From assembly GCA_964304625.1 (NCBI GenBank), contig OZ199840.1, forward strand, positions 467,084 through 531,083: a DNA stretch of 64,000 nucleotides, in the 5' to 3' direction. The notes under the pieces are model-generated. The model ran no database searches and had not been told where the DNA came from. It saw nothing but the letters and a program-made list of their open reading frames with translations. This DNA is from Kudoa neothunni (taxonomy: Eukaryota; Animalia; Cnidaria). Shown piece by piece: positions 43,488-56,178 of this stretch (its first letter is position 1; every line of letters begins with the position of its first letter). The translations under genes were made by a program, and so were the position numbers.

Positions 43488-43701
43488 TTAACTCTCTCCT
43501 AACATAACTGCGCTAATATTCTAACTATTGCACCCTCAAAGGAGGGGTATCACATGACAACCCTTAAACGTCTATAGATTTTTACCGTGATTTGTATTTA
43601 AGAATTAGTGATCGGATTAAACTTCGAAAGAAAAAAATACAAACACACACACAATTCTATTGAATAATAGGACCAGTACAACAAACAGAGATTGACAGAT
43701 G

Positions 43702-44991
43702 TTATTTACGAGAGTTGCTTCTGGATGAGGATCGTGAGGAAGAAGAGCGTAACGATCCGCGTCGTCTAGAGCCTTTAGGTGAGTCACTACTAGACGAAGA
43801 ACGATGTCGTCTGGGTAGTGGTGAATCACTTTTGCTGCTGGGGGATTTTTTGCGATCGGAGGCTCCTTTAGAACGACTCCTACGACTATCGGAACAACCA
43901 TCTATTAACCAAAAAATAGTTAAAAAATTAGAGATTGTGACTGTTAAGAGAATAAGAGAGAATAAGAGAGGGGCAGCCGTACCTGATCGATCAATGTTAG
44001 CATCCATAACTCCATTCTCCTTTATTTTCATTGGTGTCGTGACGTATTGGGCCAGTCGATTTCTATTACACAAATTTACACCCACCATCAAACCATCGAT
44101 TTGGCCACGATTCATATGCTCCACGGCGGAGCTGGCGTTGTCAGCATTATCAAATTCCACGTACGCATAACCCTTTGGCACTTTCAGAGTGTCATCGGTG
44201 GGTAAAACAACCTGTTTGACAGTGCCAAAGTTGGAGAAAATTTCGATAAGATGTTCTTTGGTAATATTTCTGCTTACGCTGGTCACTCTAGCAACTGTCA
44301 TATTTTGAAGGTCATCTTGAACGTCTTTGTCATCGTTTCGCTACACACAACCAACAAATATTATCAAGTGTTTTTTGAGGAAGACACCTAAATGTTTATT
44401 ACTTTGTATTGTTTGGGTGGTGATTTATCAGCGCGTCTGCCATTAGCTAAAACAAAACCTTATAAGTTGGACATGCGAAAATTGTCGTACTTTTATTGGC
44501 TGTTGTTGTAGGAGCCGCGTTGTTGGTTGGTGCAGGAGATGAAGAACGTGAATCACGATGAGGACGTCTACGAGCAACTGGCGAGCTAGAACTTCTCCTC
44601 GAAGACAATGACCTAGATGCGACACGACGCTGACGACGAGATTTTCTAGCGTTCGCACTAATCGATGAACTGCTGCTTCTACTACTGGAAGAATAACGTC
44701 GTCTAGGGCGCGCATTTACTCGTCCATAATTCACTCTAGCAACTCTTGATCTAGGTGGTCTAAAATCGAAAAAATCAATCTCCTCCTAATACACTCATCA
44801 TCAAATTACGACGACGATCTGCTTCTACGGTGCCCAGTTCTCGGCCGATTTGGCATATTGGATCTGTATCTATCAGGGGATCGACGTCTAGGTGACACTG
44901 ATCTCTTTCTTCTTCTCACATCATCCGAGCTTGAAGAATAACTTCTTCTAGCAACACGTTTAGATGAACTCAAGTAGCTACTTCTCGGCAT
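43702..44991 (-). CDS. RNPS1: RNA-binding protein with serine-rich domain 1 (EJC/ASAP component)
   Basis: Ser/Arg-rich N-terminal exons; RRM VSRNITKEHLIEIFSNFG..PKGYAYVEF..AVEHMNRGQIDG characteristic of RNPS1; RS-rich C-terminus. Confidence 0.9.
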
Positions 44992-47707
44992 GATCGTCTG
45001 TCGCACATGCGCGCAATAAAAATTGTTTGTCTCGGAGTTTCAGTTTCTGAAAACAAACACAACCACCTATCTTAAAAATTTCATTTTTATGAAAGTAAAC
45101 ATATATGTTAATATTTTAATACAAATAAATTGAAATTATTCCACTGGCAACAATAAAGCAACCAACCAACCGACTATGTCTATATTAATAAATTATTTTT
45201 TATCACATTAGGTCAATTATTGATTAATATTATTCATTTTCTATATTCTTTTATCGGATTTTTCGGTTTCATATCAAATTGTATGCTTTTTGGTACGATT
45301 CCAGTAATTTACATTGTGGAAAGAAAAGCACGCGCATTTATGAGTGTACTCATAATTTTTCAAATAAGAATAATAAGAAAATTGTTTGATTTATTAATAA
45401 TTAACTTTCGTTTAAAAATTGGATTTTGCTTTGGTGATAATTTGACGAAGTTCCTAAAGCAGAGTGTATTTATAGATGAATATTGATTGAACTAATGAAA
45501 AGAACTATGCTTAAGAATGACATATTTTTATTCCTACATAATACATGAGTGGTTATATTTCTTTAAGAAATAAAGAGAGGTTTGGGGTATTTTTTGAGAT
45601 AGAAGGGAGATGTTTTATTTGGTATTATTGTCAATTGATTAAATAAAACTTGAGAACTAATATAGTTCGTATGCTTTTTTATTCTCGTGCAAAATCCCAA
45701 TATATCTAACCAATATGAAGTTTAATACGGGTGGAAACGCATGTTTTAACTTTCCAAGCACTTATAAGGTTTATCCAATTAATAGATTATATCGTTGTGA
45801 AATTTTCTAATGTTTTTGATGTAATAAATTATTACTTTGCATGAAGTTAACTTTTAATTTTCCAAAGAATGTGACTATGTGACTAGCTCAGGATGACATT
45901 ATTTAAACTTTCCTTAGAAATGTTGATTGAAACCTTTATCGGAGTTTGAAGTGAGCGGAATATCGTTCATGACTCTAAAATGAACATTCCAATATTCGGT
46001 TTGATATTTGGTTCCTCCTAGGTCAGCGTTTTCCAGCGTGGGGCATAGAAATTTTTAATCGTTTAAAGAACCGCTCAGGTGGGAGGCAGAAAATGATGTC
46101 AGTATCGCTTATTTTTAAAAGACGATTAGCATCATAAAAAATTAATAATAATAATAATATTTAACCTATCCTCCCATCCGAATAGAATCGGAATCGTCTA
46201 GAATCATATATCACTTATTTTGATTTAGCCTAATATAATATTGATTGATTTTGTATTAATATTGTTTATTTTCGGTTTGTTAGGCCCGTACTATAAACGA
46301 AAGTCTTACCTAGTGCGGGTTGCGTTACCATGAGATTCATTTGACGCTGTTTTTGAGGGAGCGAAGAACTAAAGTTGTTAATCTTTAAGGTCCATCGATA
46401 AATTAAATTAGATCTGATAGAATATATTTTTATTTTAATGAGAAAAAATTATATATTAATCGCTTTCGAATTTTTATGTGATAAGAAACTTGATTCAAAG
46501 TTGATACCGGTTTAAGTTAGGAAAATCAATACTTTAGCAACGAAATTAAAGGATTTCAGAGCTCCTTAGGTTTACAATACCTTAATAAAAACATTAACAA
46601 TAATGAATTAACAATAGTTATCCAAATAAATATTTCAATACAGTAAACCTCCAGTGTATGATAGGAATATGTCCCACGATTTAAAGCGGATAAATTGTGT
46701 AGTCTAAAAGGTCAACTAATAGATTTATTTATCAATTTTATTCTTATTTTTAAGTATATAATTACACATTTTGTTAAATCAAGTTCTAAAATTACAAGGT
46801 AACAAAAAATTAACGTCAGAGTAAAACCATGGAGTAAATGAACGATAACTAACGAAACTAAACGACACTATGCGTGAAATTAGAGTTAATTAGATTAAAA
46901 ACATTTAAATAAATAATTTCTTCTACTTGAATTAATATTTTTTTATTCATGCATAAAACTTTCGCAAAATTCAATAGATACTTGGGTAAAAGGAATCTGG
47001 ATTTATACAAGGTACATAGGAATTATGAATTTTACATAAAATATTTGTTACCTGTGTTGAAAGAATGTAAATTTACAAATATACAAGAAATATTTCTAAT
47101 TATTCATTTTGTACTGTTCTCGTTTTCAATTATATAATTACACACAACCTGTCGAGGCGAGGGTAATTCAATTTTAAAACATACCATACATTAAACTATG
47201 ATAAAATTTAATTCTAGTAAAAAGAGTTTTGAATTTTTAAAGAGAAATAAAAAGTTTTAGTTTATAAATTTTTTTACAGATTAATTGGTAGAAGATTAAA
47301 ACGATATGACCAAAGTTTCTGCCAAATTAACAATCGAGTTTTTCATTATACTTTTGTTTGTTACATTTTTATTTTAAAATATTAGATATTACGCAAAAAA
47401 AAAATCTAGGTAAAACAATAAAACATGATTTCCATTGCATCACTACAAAATTTAATTAACTAAATAAAAAGTAATGTGTTTTATAATCCCCATTATTAAT
47501 AATTTATATTACATTTAGTGTAATTCTTACAATGTGTTAGGTTTTGGTTTAGTTACAGAAAATAATTTCCGTCCATTTATTCTCGTAGAAATTGTCTTCC
47601 ATATAAATATTAGAATTTCTGTACACATAAAACTGATCGATAAAAGTCAACAATAATTCTTTTATATGTGGTCACGTGATCAAACAAATACGATGGATGG
47701 CATCGTG

Positions 47708-48144
47708 ATGTAAGATCGAAGCCTAGTCCAGAAGTTCCTGTAGCCCTAATTCCGAAATTAAGTAGGAAGGCTGTAGTAACCACAAGGATCTATGTTTTAT
47801 CGTGGCCATGCTTGCAATTGGGAGGAAAGCCTGACGGCAGGGTAGAACTCGGGGCGGGCGCTTACAAAACGCCAGGGTTACAGGAACGAAATAAAACCCA
47901 GTAGTGGGGTTTCCGTAGAGCCGACGTTCCCAGACTAATTCTGAGTTAGTCCAGGGTATGGTTGAGGCGGTGGTTGCTACGAAAAGAGGATATTTAATGG
48001 GTTAAAATCCCACACTACTGCATAAACATAAGTCGCCTTAATAGGGGCGCTGCGGTGCCTAAAAAGTAAAATGAACAAAGCCTAACCAGCCCGAACTTCA
48101 CAATCTAACAAGTTGCGCCAGGGGTTTGACCTTGTAAACAAAAA
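47708..48144 (+). mobile_element. SINE copy 3 (diverged subfamily, 5'-truncated within the tRNA head)
   Basis: GATCGAAG box-B remnant followed by the same body motifs (CCGAAATTAAGTAGGAAGGCTGTAGTAA, CAGGAACGAAATAAAACCCAGTA, GGTTTGACCTTGTAAACAAAAA). Confidence 0.8.
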
Positions 48145-48717
48145 TATCGGCTGTTATAAATAGAACTCAACAAATTAAAGATATTCAACTCAATTTAGAA
48201 TTAATTTAGAATTAATGATTAAAAATAATTGTATTGGATTTCGTGAATCCCGTATTTGATGGTCCACTATCCTGCGTGATTGGAGTTAATGCGTTTTACA
48301 AAAGTAAAATGATCTCGCATATTATCATCAAAAAAAGATTCGCAAGTAGCCTAAAGTATACTGTAATAAAAAATATTATATTTAGTTGTGATTATGAAAA
48401 ATTTTTTGAATTATTTTTCGTTAGTTGTAGATAAAAATTAATAATATTTTTTATAGTAGACGATTTATTGTGGAATATTCGAAGAAACAAAAAACATTTC
48501 TATTGACAAGGTACTACAAAATAAAGACATTATTAGAACTTTAGTACCATTATGATCGTATGAATCAACTCAGCAAACTGCCTTATTATACATATTTTAG
48601 TAAAAATTCTAAAAAATTAAAGTATGAATTTTTTTAAAATAAACCACAGCTGTTCAGCGTACAATAACCGCGCGCATGTATTAAAAAAATAGCCCGTACG
48701 CGGTTTGCGGATTAAAA

Positions 48718-49588
48718 ATGAAGAAAGTCGCCAAAAAGACAAAGGTTTCCGTCAAGAAAAGTTTCCCTCGACTTGCCACATCACCATGGAAACTGGTAAT
48801 AGGAAATTAATGAATAATAGTGCCAATTAAGCCCTTTTAAGGAATTTGATGAAGACTCCCAATCAAAAACAACTGTTAGTTGAATTGCAATTGTATTAGT
48901 TTCAGTAGAAAATACATTTTTTTATCGATTTTTAGACTTTTGGATAGCGTTATGGATTCAAAGAAAGTTGTCATTATATCGGAAGATAACAAAAAGGATA
49001 AAAAAATTATGAAGAGTAGTCGAATCAAAGATTTAAGTGAGCATTTTATTTTTGGGTTCCGAGATGTTGTAAGGACAACTCAAGTCTGATCCTCAAAAGT
49101 TAAGTCTTATAGTAAGTGAATATGAATAAGAGGCGAGCGAGATCGATTGTAATGATGCTGTATGTGAGTAGTTGTGTGATGATGTAAAACTGCCTGTTCT
49201 CTTTGGATGATCTGAATGAAAATGAGTTTGAAAAATGACGTGGCGTGTGTGTGTTTGCCGGGATTAACCCAAACAGTACGGGTTACCACACGCGTAATCA
49301 GTTCAAACAATATGCCTAGGAATAAGAGTAAATTAGTAAAAATAAGGTTGTAGTTTGTGATGGAGGATTGGTTTATATAGAAAAATTCGGAGAAAAGCAA
49401 TGATTTTGTAAATTTTTGTAAAACGCTTTACAACAACGCTGCTCTCGAAGAAAATAATGTTATTCTAACCAACTTGTACGACTTATTTGAAAGCCAACTA
49501 ATGTTATTCTACCAACTTGTACGACTTATTTGAAAGCCAACCAACGAAATATACCAAAGAAATGTTGATTCACCGTAGAAATGTGTAA
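48718..49588 (+). pseudogene. RPP38 / L7Ae-family RNase P subunit-like gene, frameshifted (pseudogene or assembly errors)
   Basis: Basic N-terminus MKKVAKKTKVSVKKS, then HFIFGFRDVVR, CDDVKLPVL, MSLKNDVACVCLPGLTQ and TICLGIR resemble the L7Ae fold of RPP38. At least three frame corrections are needed. Confidence 0.5.
49456..49542. repeat. Tandem duplication of about 43-44 bp
   Basis: AATGTTATTCT(A)ACCAACTTGTACGACTTATTTGAAAGCCAAC repeated twice with a 1-nt indel. Confidence 0.9.
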
Positions 49589-50455
49589 TTTTAAGATTTT
49601 TCATAGCTTTATATGATGTTATTTGTTTACATTGTTTTTATTTCAACTCCTATTTTAAAAATGAATTTAGGAATAGAATAAATTCAACAATGTTAATTAA
49701 AAACTATTACTTACATTGAGATTTGGAAATGAGGCGATTGCTAAAATTTAAGGCTCTCTCTTTTGTTTGATTAGACTAAATTTTAATGATCAACATTTAT
49801 AGGTCTGATAATGTTGACATGTCTGAATTTTAAACCACCTTAGAGTTAAAAAAATAGTTTTTCTTTAATATTTTAATTTCTAATAATGAAAAAAGTGTGT
49901 TTAATGTATAAATTGGCGTCGCTATATGCACGACTTATCATGGAAAGTTGGGAGTTTATTTTACAATCATCGAAAATTATAAAAAAATTGTAAAGTATTA
50001 TAGTTATTTAATCTTGGTCAATTATGAAGACATGTTTCAATCGGTAAAATGTATTTTGTTCCTCCAAGAACATTTCAATGAATATATTTGAGTTTATCAT
50101 TAAAACATTTTTATTACAAATAATAGCACGAGCTTTCCAGTTTGGCTAAGAATTGAGAATATTTCGCATTGAAAAATCTCGTAAAAATCCATTAATCCTT
50201 TGAATCAACTCACAGAAGGAATTATGGTAACATTTTTTAAATATTATATTTTTTAACGATTGTAAGTAGCGAAATTTAAATTTGTATATGTTTTAAAAAT
50301 ATCATATAGATAACAAAAAATATATGGCTAAATGAACATTTCAGATAATTATTAACACACTCATTTCTACAAGCGGCCCACTTCACTTTAATATCAAATT
50401 AAAAAATTATATTTAATTACGAAGTCTGTATTACATTTTATTTTTGAATGTTTAA

Positions 50456-50850
50456 CCTTTCCGGTACCATCTGGGGTATTTAAGAGGCCCCACATTACCT
50501 ATCATGTTTCTAAATCAAAAAATCAGCTTCTGATAGTATTCAAAGTTTCAGATTACCTCAACTACTATTGCTTCGATATTTTAATAAAAAAAAGTTTTTT
50601 ATAATATAATGAATTCTATTGAATAGATTCCAAAATAGTATTACAGTTAATTTTGAATGCATCCGACAATTTTTCTAATGTTACATTTTTGTTTTATAAA
50701 TATTAAAATTACCTACGTAAAAATATAACAAATTTGTTGACCATTATTTTTGGTGAAATAGTTTTGAGCAGATTGAACAAGTTTAAGGTGTATTTAGGTT
50801 GGGGTACGTTAGTGACCCTCGTTTTGTTATCGTAGTTGGTAAAGAAAGGG
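50456..50850. mobile_element. piggyBac-type MITE (about 395 bp)
   Basis: TTAA both sides; TIRs CCTTTCCGGTACCA / (rc) CCCTTTCTTTACCA; subterminal TGGGGTA-N-(G)ACCC/GCCCC at both ends. Confidence 0.65.
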
Positions 50851-51242
50851 TTAATTTGATGGGTGACTTTAATGAAATAATAAAAATACTTTATAAATTA
50901 ATTAAATTTAGACCTTTTTGTTACGTTTAAGATCAGTACTGCAACTTCCAAAGTTAAATTATCAAGTCAAATATATTTACAAGTCGCTGCGTATGGAGTG
51001 TATTTACGCAAACACCTGTTTTATATACACAGGCATATGAAAGTGCCAACTCCAATTAATTAACTCCTTTAATAAGTTAAATTAATCCGATTATTGATAG
51101 AAAAAGTTGTGTAATCCTTTTATCAATATATAAAACTGATAAAATCACAATTTTCTAAATAGTTTGGGATTTTTAGAGATAAATATCAGAAAAACTTTAC
51201 CATGAACATGCGCACTTGCTGACAAACACATGGACATTACTA

Positions 51243-51274
<32 letters not shown>

Positions 51275-51280
51275 GATATA

Positions 51281-51908
51281 CAGTAGGTCACGACTGAATT
51301 TTCGCACTTTTTACGCGTTCGTCACTAGGGAGAAATTTAGTTTGGCCCTACAAATTTATTCAACGATATTATTCTTCCCTCATTTTATTTAAATTATATT
51401 ATAAAATAATATATTACATTCTGTTTACAGTATAATTAAGGGCCCATATGAAACAATCTAAATTATAAGACAAATTATATGATGTGCGACATGTATCCTA
51501 AGAAAAAAAGAATCTTCGTCAATACGTTTACATTAATTATTATTAATATGGCTAAATCGATTAAAATCAGAATTATTACATTATTGTAATTCTCGTACTC
51601 CTCTTGACGTAGAATACCTTAAGTAAATACACGAAATAACGCGTCACGATAAAGTAGTCAGTAGATGTTTGTAAATAGGATTTGTATTCATGCGGAAGTC
51701 CGAATTATCGTAAAGCAATATGTACGTATTATTAAAGATAACAAAAATTTAATATTAAGAAACAGTTGAAGAAGAATGAGACGGACAACATACATGTATT
51801 ATACAAATTTTCCATCCAACTAAAGGAAAATTATTTTTATCACACTTTCATCAGAGCAAAAATAGGATTAAAGGCGGGGAAAATGTGCGAAAAATCGGTT
51901 AACTACTG
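51281..51908. mobile_element. Tc1/mariner-type MITE
   Basis: TA-flanked TIRs CAGTAGGTCACGACTGAATTTTCGCACTTT / (rc) CAGTAGTTAACCGATTTTTCGCACATTT. Confidence 0.7.
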
Positions 51909-53780
51909 TACCTCCTTTTAGTATTGAATTTTCTCGTATTAATAATAAATGCGAAAATATATTAGTTATGATGTCTATTAAAAGTAAGAAGAGTTACATC
52001 ACCTAATTTGACAAAAATACAGATTGAACGAAAGTCAGGTTACTTAAAATAAAAGAAAATAAAATAGGAAGTGGCTATTGACACGGATCATAATACCCAG
52101 GTAGATATAGCTTTGACTTCATTTAATCAGTTTTTGCCCTTCGCTACCGCTTCAAGGGGCCAAAAGTAATTAAATGCATCAGACCGTAAAAAATAAACTT
52201 TATAGATAAACTATAAATTGGAGTTACCGGGATTAAAATTTGTAATGCGCAAGCCTACTTGCCCTTTTGGATTAAAAACTTCCCTGTCAATAGGCAGTGC
52301 TTTTAATATACGAATAGATTAATACCGACAATTCTCGAAATTAATTGGTCAGAGCTAATACTAAGTTCGTGTATGTGCGAGATTTTTGTAACGCAGTGAT
52401 TTACTTGAGTAAGTAGTGATAACTTCCTATGTGGGTTTTTCTTCTTGAATACTTAATCAACATATTACATTGTATCATTAAATTTTCACCAGAATACGAA
52501 GCGACGCAAAGCAACGCATAAAGGAACAAAAATTGTTAAGCCAGTTGTATCGTAGGAGGAACATCGTATCTACAAATTTAAATCCGATTAGCCTATTACA
52601 ACTACGATAACCAGAGAGTATTAGTTCATCGCTAATATTCTTAAAGTGGACAGATCAAAATGGTGGAATAGCAATTAATTGAGAAAAGAATCACGATTGT
52701 AGCATTATCAATAGTCGAATGCGAGCGCATAATGATTCGAGGAATATTGTTATATTTGGTTATTTCTAGAAGCTTAAACCCAATAGTAAGTTGACATCTT
52801 AAGTGTAGCATCATCAATGCGGTGCTAATAACTATTGATAACAGTTCAATGGGGTGATAGTACGCATGCCAACGCGTAATAATCAACATAGTGGTAGCAC
52901 CTATTTGAGTATTGAGGGACTCACCAAATCGATATATCATAATTTATTGAGATAGGAGATTTAGGATCGGTTGGGACAAATCTTGTAGGTTTAGTTTAAA
53001 CTTGTTCTATCACTTGACAACCAGTTGTTAATTAATTTAGCAGCTGAACAAACTCTTGGTGATATCCTCCTGTGAGTAGTTGTTATTGAATTATAGTATA
53101 AGGTTGGAATGGAGGGATAATGAGAACCACGATAATACTCGAATAATTAGGTGTATTGGTGGTTCAATTGGAAAAGCTAAATAGGTTGCATTCAGCTCAC
53201 CAGAAAATTATCTCTGACACAAACCTTAAGGTTTAATTGAAATAAGGCCGAACATAATAATTTGAATAATTCGTTGTTAACGATTAAATTAATTTCACAC
53301 GATTAGAAGGTATTAAAGTTATTAACTGAGGTTAACAGTTGATGTTATGTTGTTATGTCGATTAGTATACTCTAACTATTGTAGTTGTAACTCCAGGAGT
53401 TATAATAAATTCTCTCACATGCATCAACCTTTCATAACCGTGTAAATATAAACAACCTAATCTCGAATACCTACAGTCATGCGTATTAATCATCGTTCTA
53501 AGCCTTTAATCTCGTTGTACGGCCCATACGGTCCCATTATTTTATTCCATCCAAACAGATATCAATCAGTTGAAAAATGTCATCTAAAAGTACAATTGAA
53601 TAACACATACCCATATCTATTTGTAATTGTGGGTGTTTGGCGATGGATTGGTTTTAAAGCCCCCCATTCGCCAAACATCAAATTTTGCAACTACTTATTT
53701 GTTTGTTTGTTGGAAGAACTAATGGTCATTTAGCACCATCTGATGACACATCGAAACCAGGTTTTGTTTCTGCTATTGTG

Positions 53781-55661
53781 ATGAAATTCACGAATTTGGG
53801 TCAAACCTCCTTGGACAGATCACCAGAGGAAAAAAGGTTGCAACAAAAACATCAACAAAAACGTGAAATTCAACGAGAAATTGGGGGTAGAGTGGATATA
53901 TCCTCTCGCGGTAAACTCTTCGAACAACCCAAAGAAACCGCATCATCGGCTGGATCGACAGCATCAACTGATTCGGTGGGTTTGAAGAGTGGTTCGTCGT
54001 TTCAATCAGTATTAAAACAAACGCATGATACTGTCAAAACCACAATAGATAATGTATGATTGGTTGTTTGTTTGATAGATATAAAGTTTTCATTTGGTTA
54101 ACTTGTGTGTATCATTTTAGCGTATTAATGCTGAATATCAAGTGATCGGGGAGGTGAATGTGAAAGATCGCATCAAAGCGTTTAGCGCCCTTCAAGAAAC
54201 CGTTAAAATGGCTGCCAACCGGCCTGAAGTACTCAAATCCACTAAATATGCTTCTCCCAGACAATCCGCAGTCCATAAAGTGCCAATTGCAAGTGTTTTT
54301 GAAGAAAACATTAAAAATTCAGCCAAAACAACGGAACAATTGAAACATCAAGTTGTACCTAAGAAAAGAGTTAGCGAAATTATATCCCAATTGAATAAGG
54401 CTGCGTCTGTAGATAAAGATGATCCCAAATCGAGTGCTCCACTTTCAAGGAGTATCAGCTTGGAAAATGAGAAAACTACTTCGTCGATGGTCTCAAAACA
54501 ACATGCTTCCACGTCCACTGATCCAGCAACTAAGGTCAAACCTTCTGCCTCATCATCCACTCGTTTCGATGTTAAATCATCTTCGTCCGATTCATCAGTA
54601 TCAGATCAACCCCAAAATGATACGTGCGAATATTTCTTTGATGTCGGTCATGATATACAGAACGATCTCGTTGCTCCAGAGGATGAATACACCATGGATA
54701 GTATGATTGATGACATTATGGCACAAGATGATGACGAAGATTCTGACGTTTTAAATCGAATTGATGAACATCACTCGAGATTGAGCAGTGTGACCAGCAA
54801 AGAATGCTTGCATGTTGATCATTCGGATGAGAAAAGAAACTTTATAGTAGATAATTGATGGATTGATTTGTATTCGGCCTTCTAATGTCGTATCGATGTT
54901 TAGTTATACGAACCAGCAAAAACCCCCAACTACACCCCTTGGCCTAACAGTTACAGTCCTGTGATTGATGAAAATGGTTGTTTGACTATCACACTTCCCG
55001 AGTGTCATCAACCTTCAGTGCTCAAAAAACCCAACAAATCCAATATTCCTAAGAAAGTTATCAAATTTGACATCGAAAAATTGACTTTGATGGAAACCTA
55101 CAGTGTGTATGAATACGAGAGAGGAGACGATACAATCGATCCTCTTACCGCCTCAGCCGAATATGAAATTGAGAAGAAAACAGAAGAGTTGGATAAATTT
55201 GAAGTTATCATTCAAAAAGGTAACATCTCTAATACAATAAAAACTTGTAATAACACTGTCAAAATCCCACAGACGAAAAGGGTCTCGGAATGAGTATTGT
55301 TGGTATTGGACTGGGAAGTGATATAGGATCTGAAAAGTTGGGTATCTACATCAAACTTCTCACTCCTGGTGGTGCATCCGAAAAATGTGACAAGTAAGCG
55401 ATTTCTGCTGGTTTAGAGAGGTGTTGAGTTTAAATCCGTTTTTTGTTAGGTTGCGCGTTCATGATCAACTATTAGAAGTTGATGGTGTTTCACTGGTTGG
55501 TGTAACTCAGTCGTTCGCCGCACAAACTCTTAAAGCCACCTCAAAAACGGTCAAGTATTTTTTTGTTTGTTGATTTTTCTATGATACATTGAACGTATAC
55601 TAATTTTTTCCCTAGATTTTTAATAGGTCGCGAGAAAACCTCATCCAATCTATCCTCCTGA
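53781..55661 (+). CDS. PPP1R9: Spinophilin/neurabin (PP1 regulatory subunit 9), ends right after the PDZ domain; start uncertain
   Basis: RVxF-like KVIKF, then [28 protein letters not shown], and [52 protein letters not shown], characteristic of neurabins. N-terminal VKDRIKAF-type repeats. Confidence 0.88.
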
Positions 55662-56178
55662 TTTGTATTTGAATTAGTTATTACACCCTGTTTTGATATT
55701 CGAAATCTTACTAACCTGAATCTGTATTCTACACCACCATCATCATAACTTATTCCTATTATAATATTTCTATAAAAATTTAATTTCAATTTTTATCTTC
55801 ATTCAATTTTTTATCTCGTTAAGTTGTTTAAGATTGATTGTGAGGATACTGTTAGCTTTGATTTACGTTAGATGTGTCATTATTTTATAACTTGATCCGT
55901 GGAAAAACACTTGAGGTTCATTAAGATTTATTTCGTAATTTTAGAGATTTAAAATGAATTATTTGAATAGATTGTAATATATATTTGTTTTAAATATTCA
56001 GAATGACACAAGAATATGCGATATAGCTAATTTTAAAGTAGGAGAATTTTCAGCCTTTTTTAAACACCTCTCACCATAAAACCTCACATACACAATCGAA
56101 TAATTTTGATCCTCCTTAACAGCTTTATCGAATTTTTGAAACATACCAAAATCTACAAAAATGCAATAAATCAATTAA

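Noticed and set aside
43715-44170. 151-aa plus-strand ORF and other antisense ORFs (43617, 44443, 54348, 60112, 62199)
   Set aside because: Shadow ORFs of RNPS1, spinophilin and POLR3A exons.
51200-51277. Helentron/DINE-like terminus (ACATTACTACTTTT(AT)nAGAT)
   Set aside because: Other end and diagnostic subTIR/hairpin could not be identified.
52340-53700. Additional gene upstream of spinophilin (ORF 52641-52940; splice-like sites near 52409, 52491, 53073)
   Set aside because: No recognisable protein and exon phases could not be joined; may be 5' UTR exons.
53735-53775. Hammerhead-like CTGATGA..GAAA
   Set aside because: No stem II or flanking helices; lies in the spinophilin reading frame (PSDDTSK).
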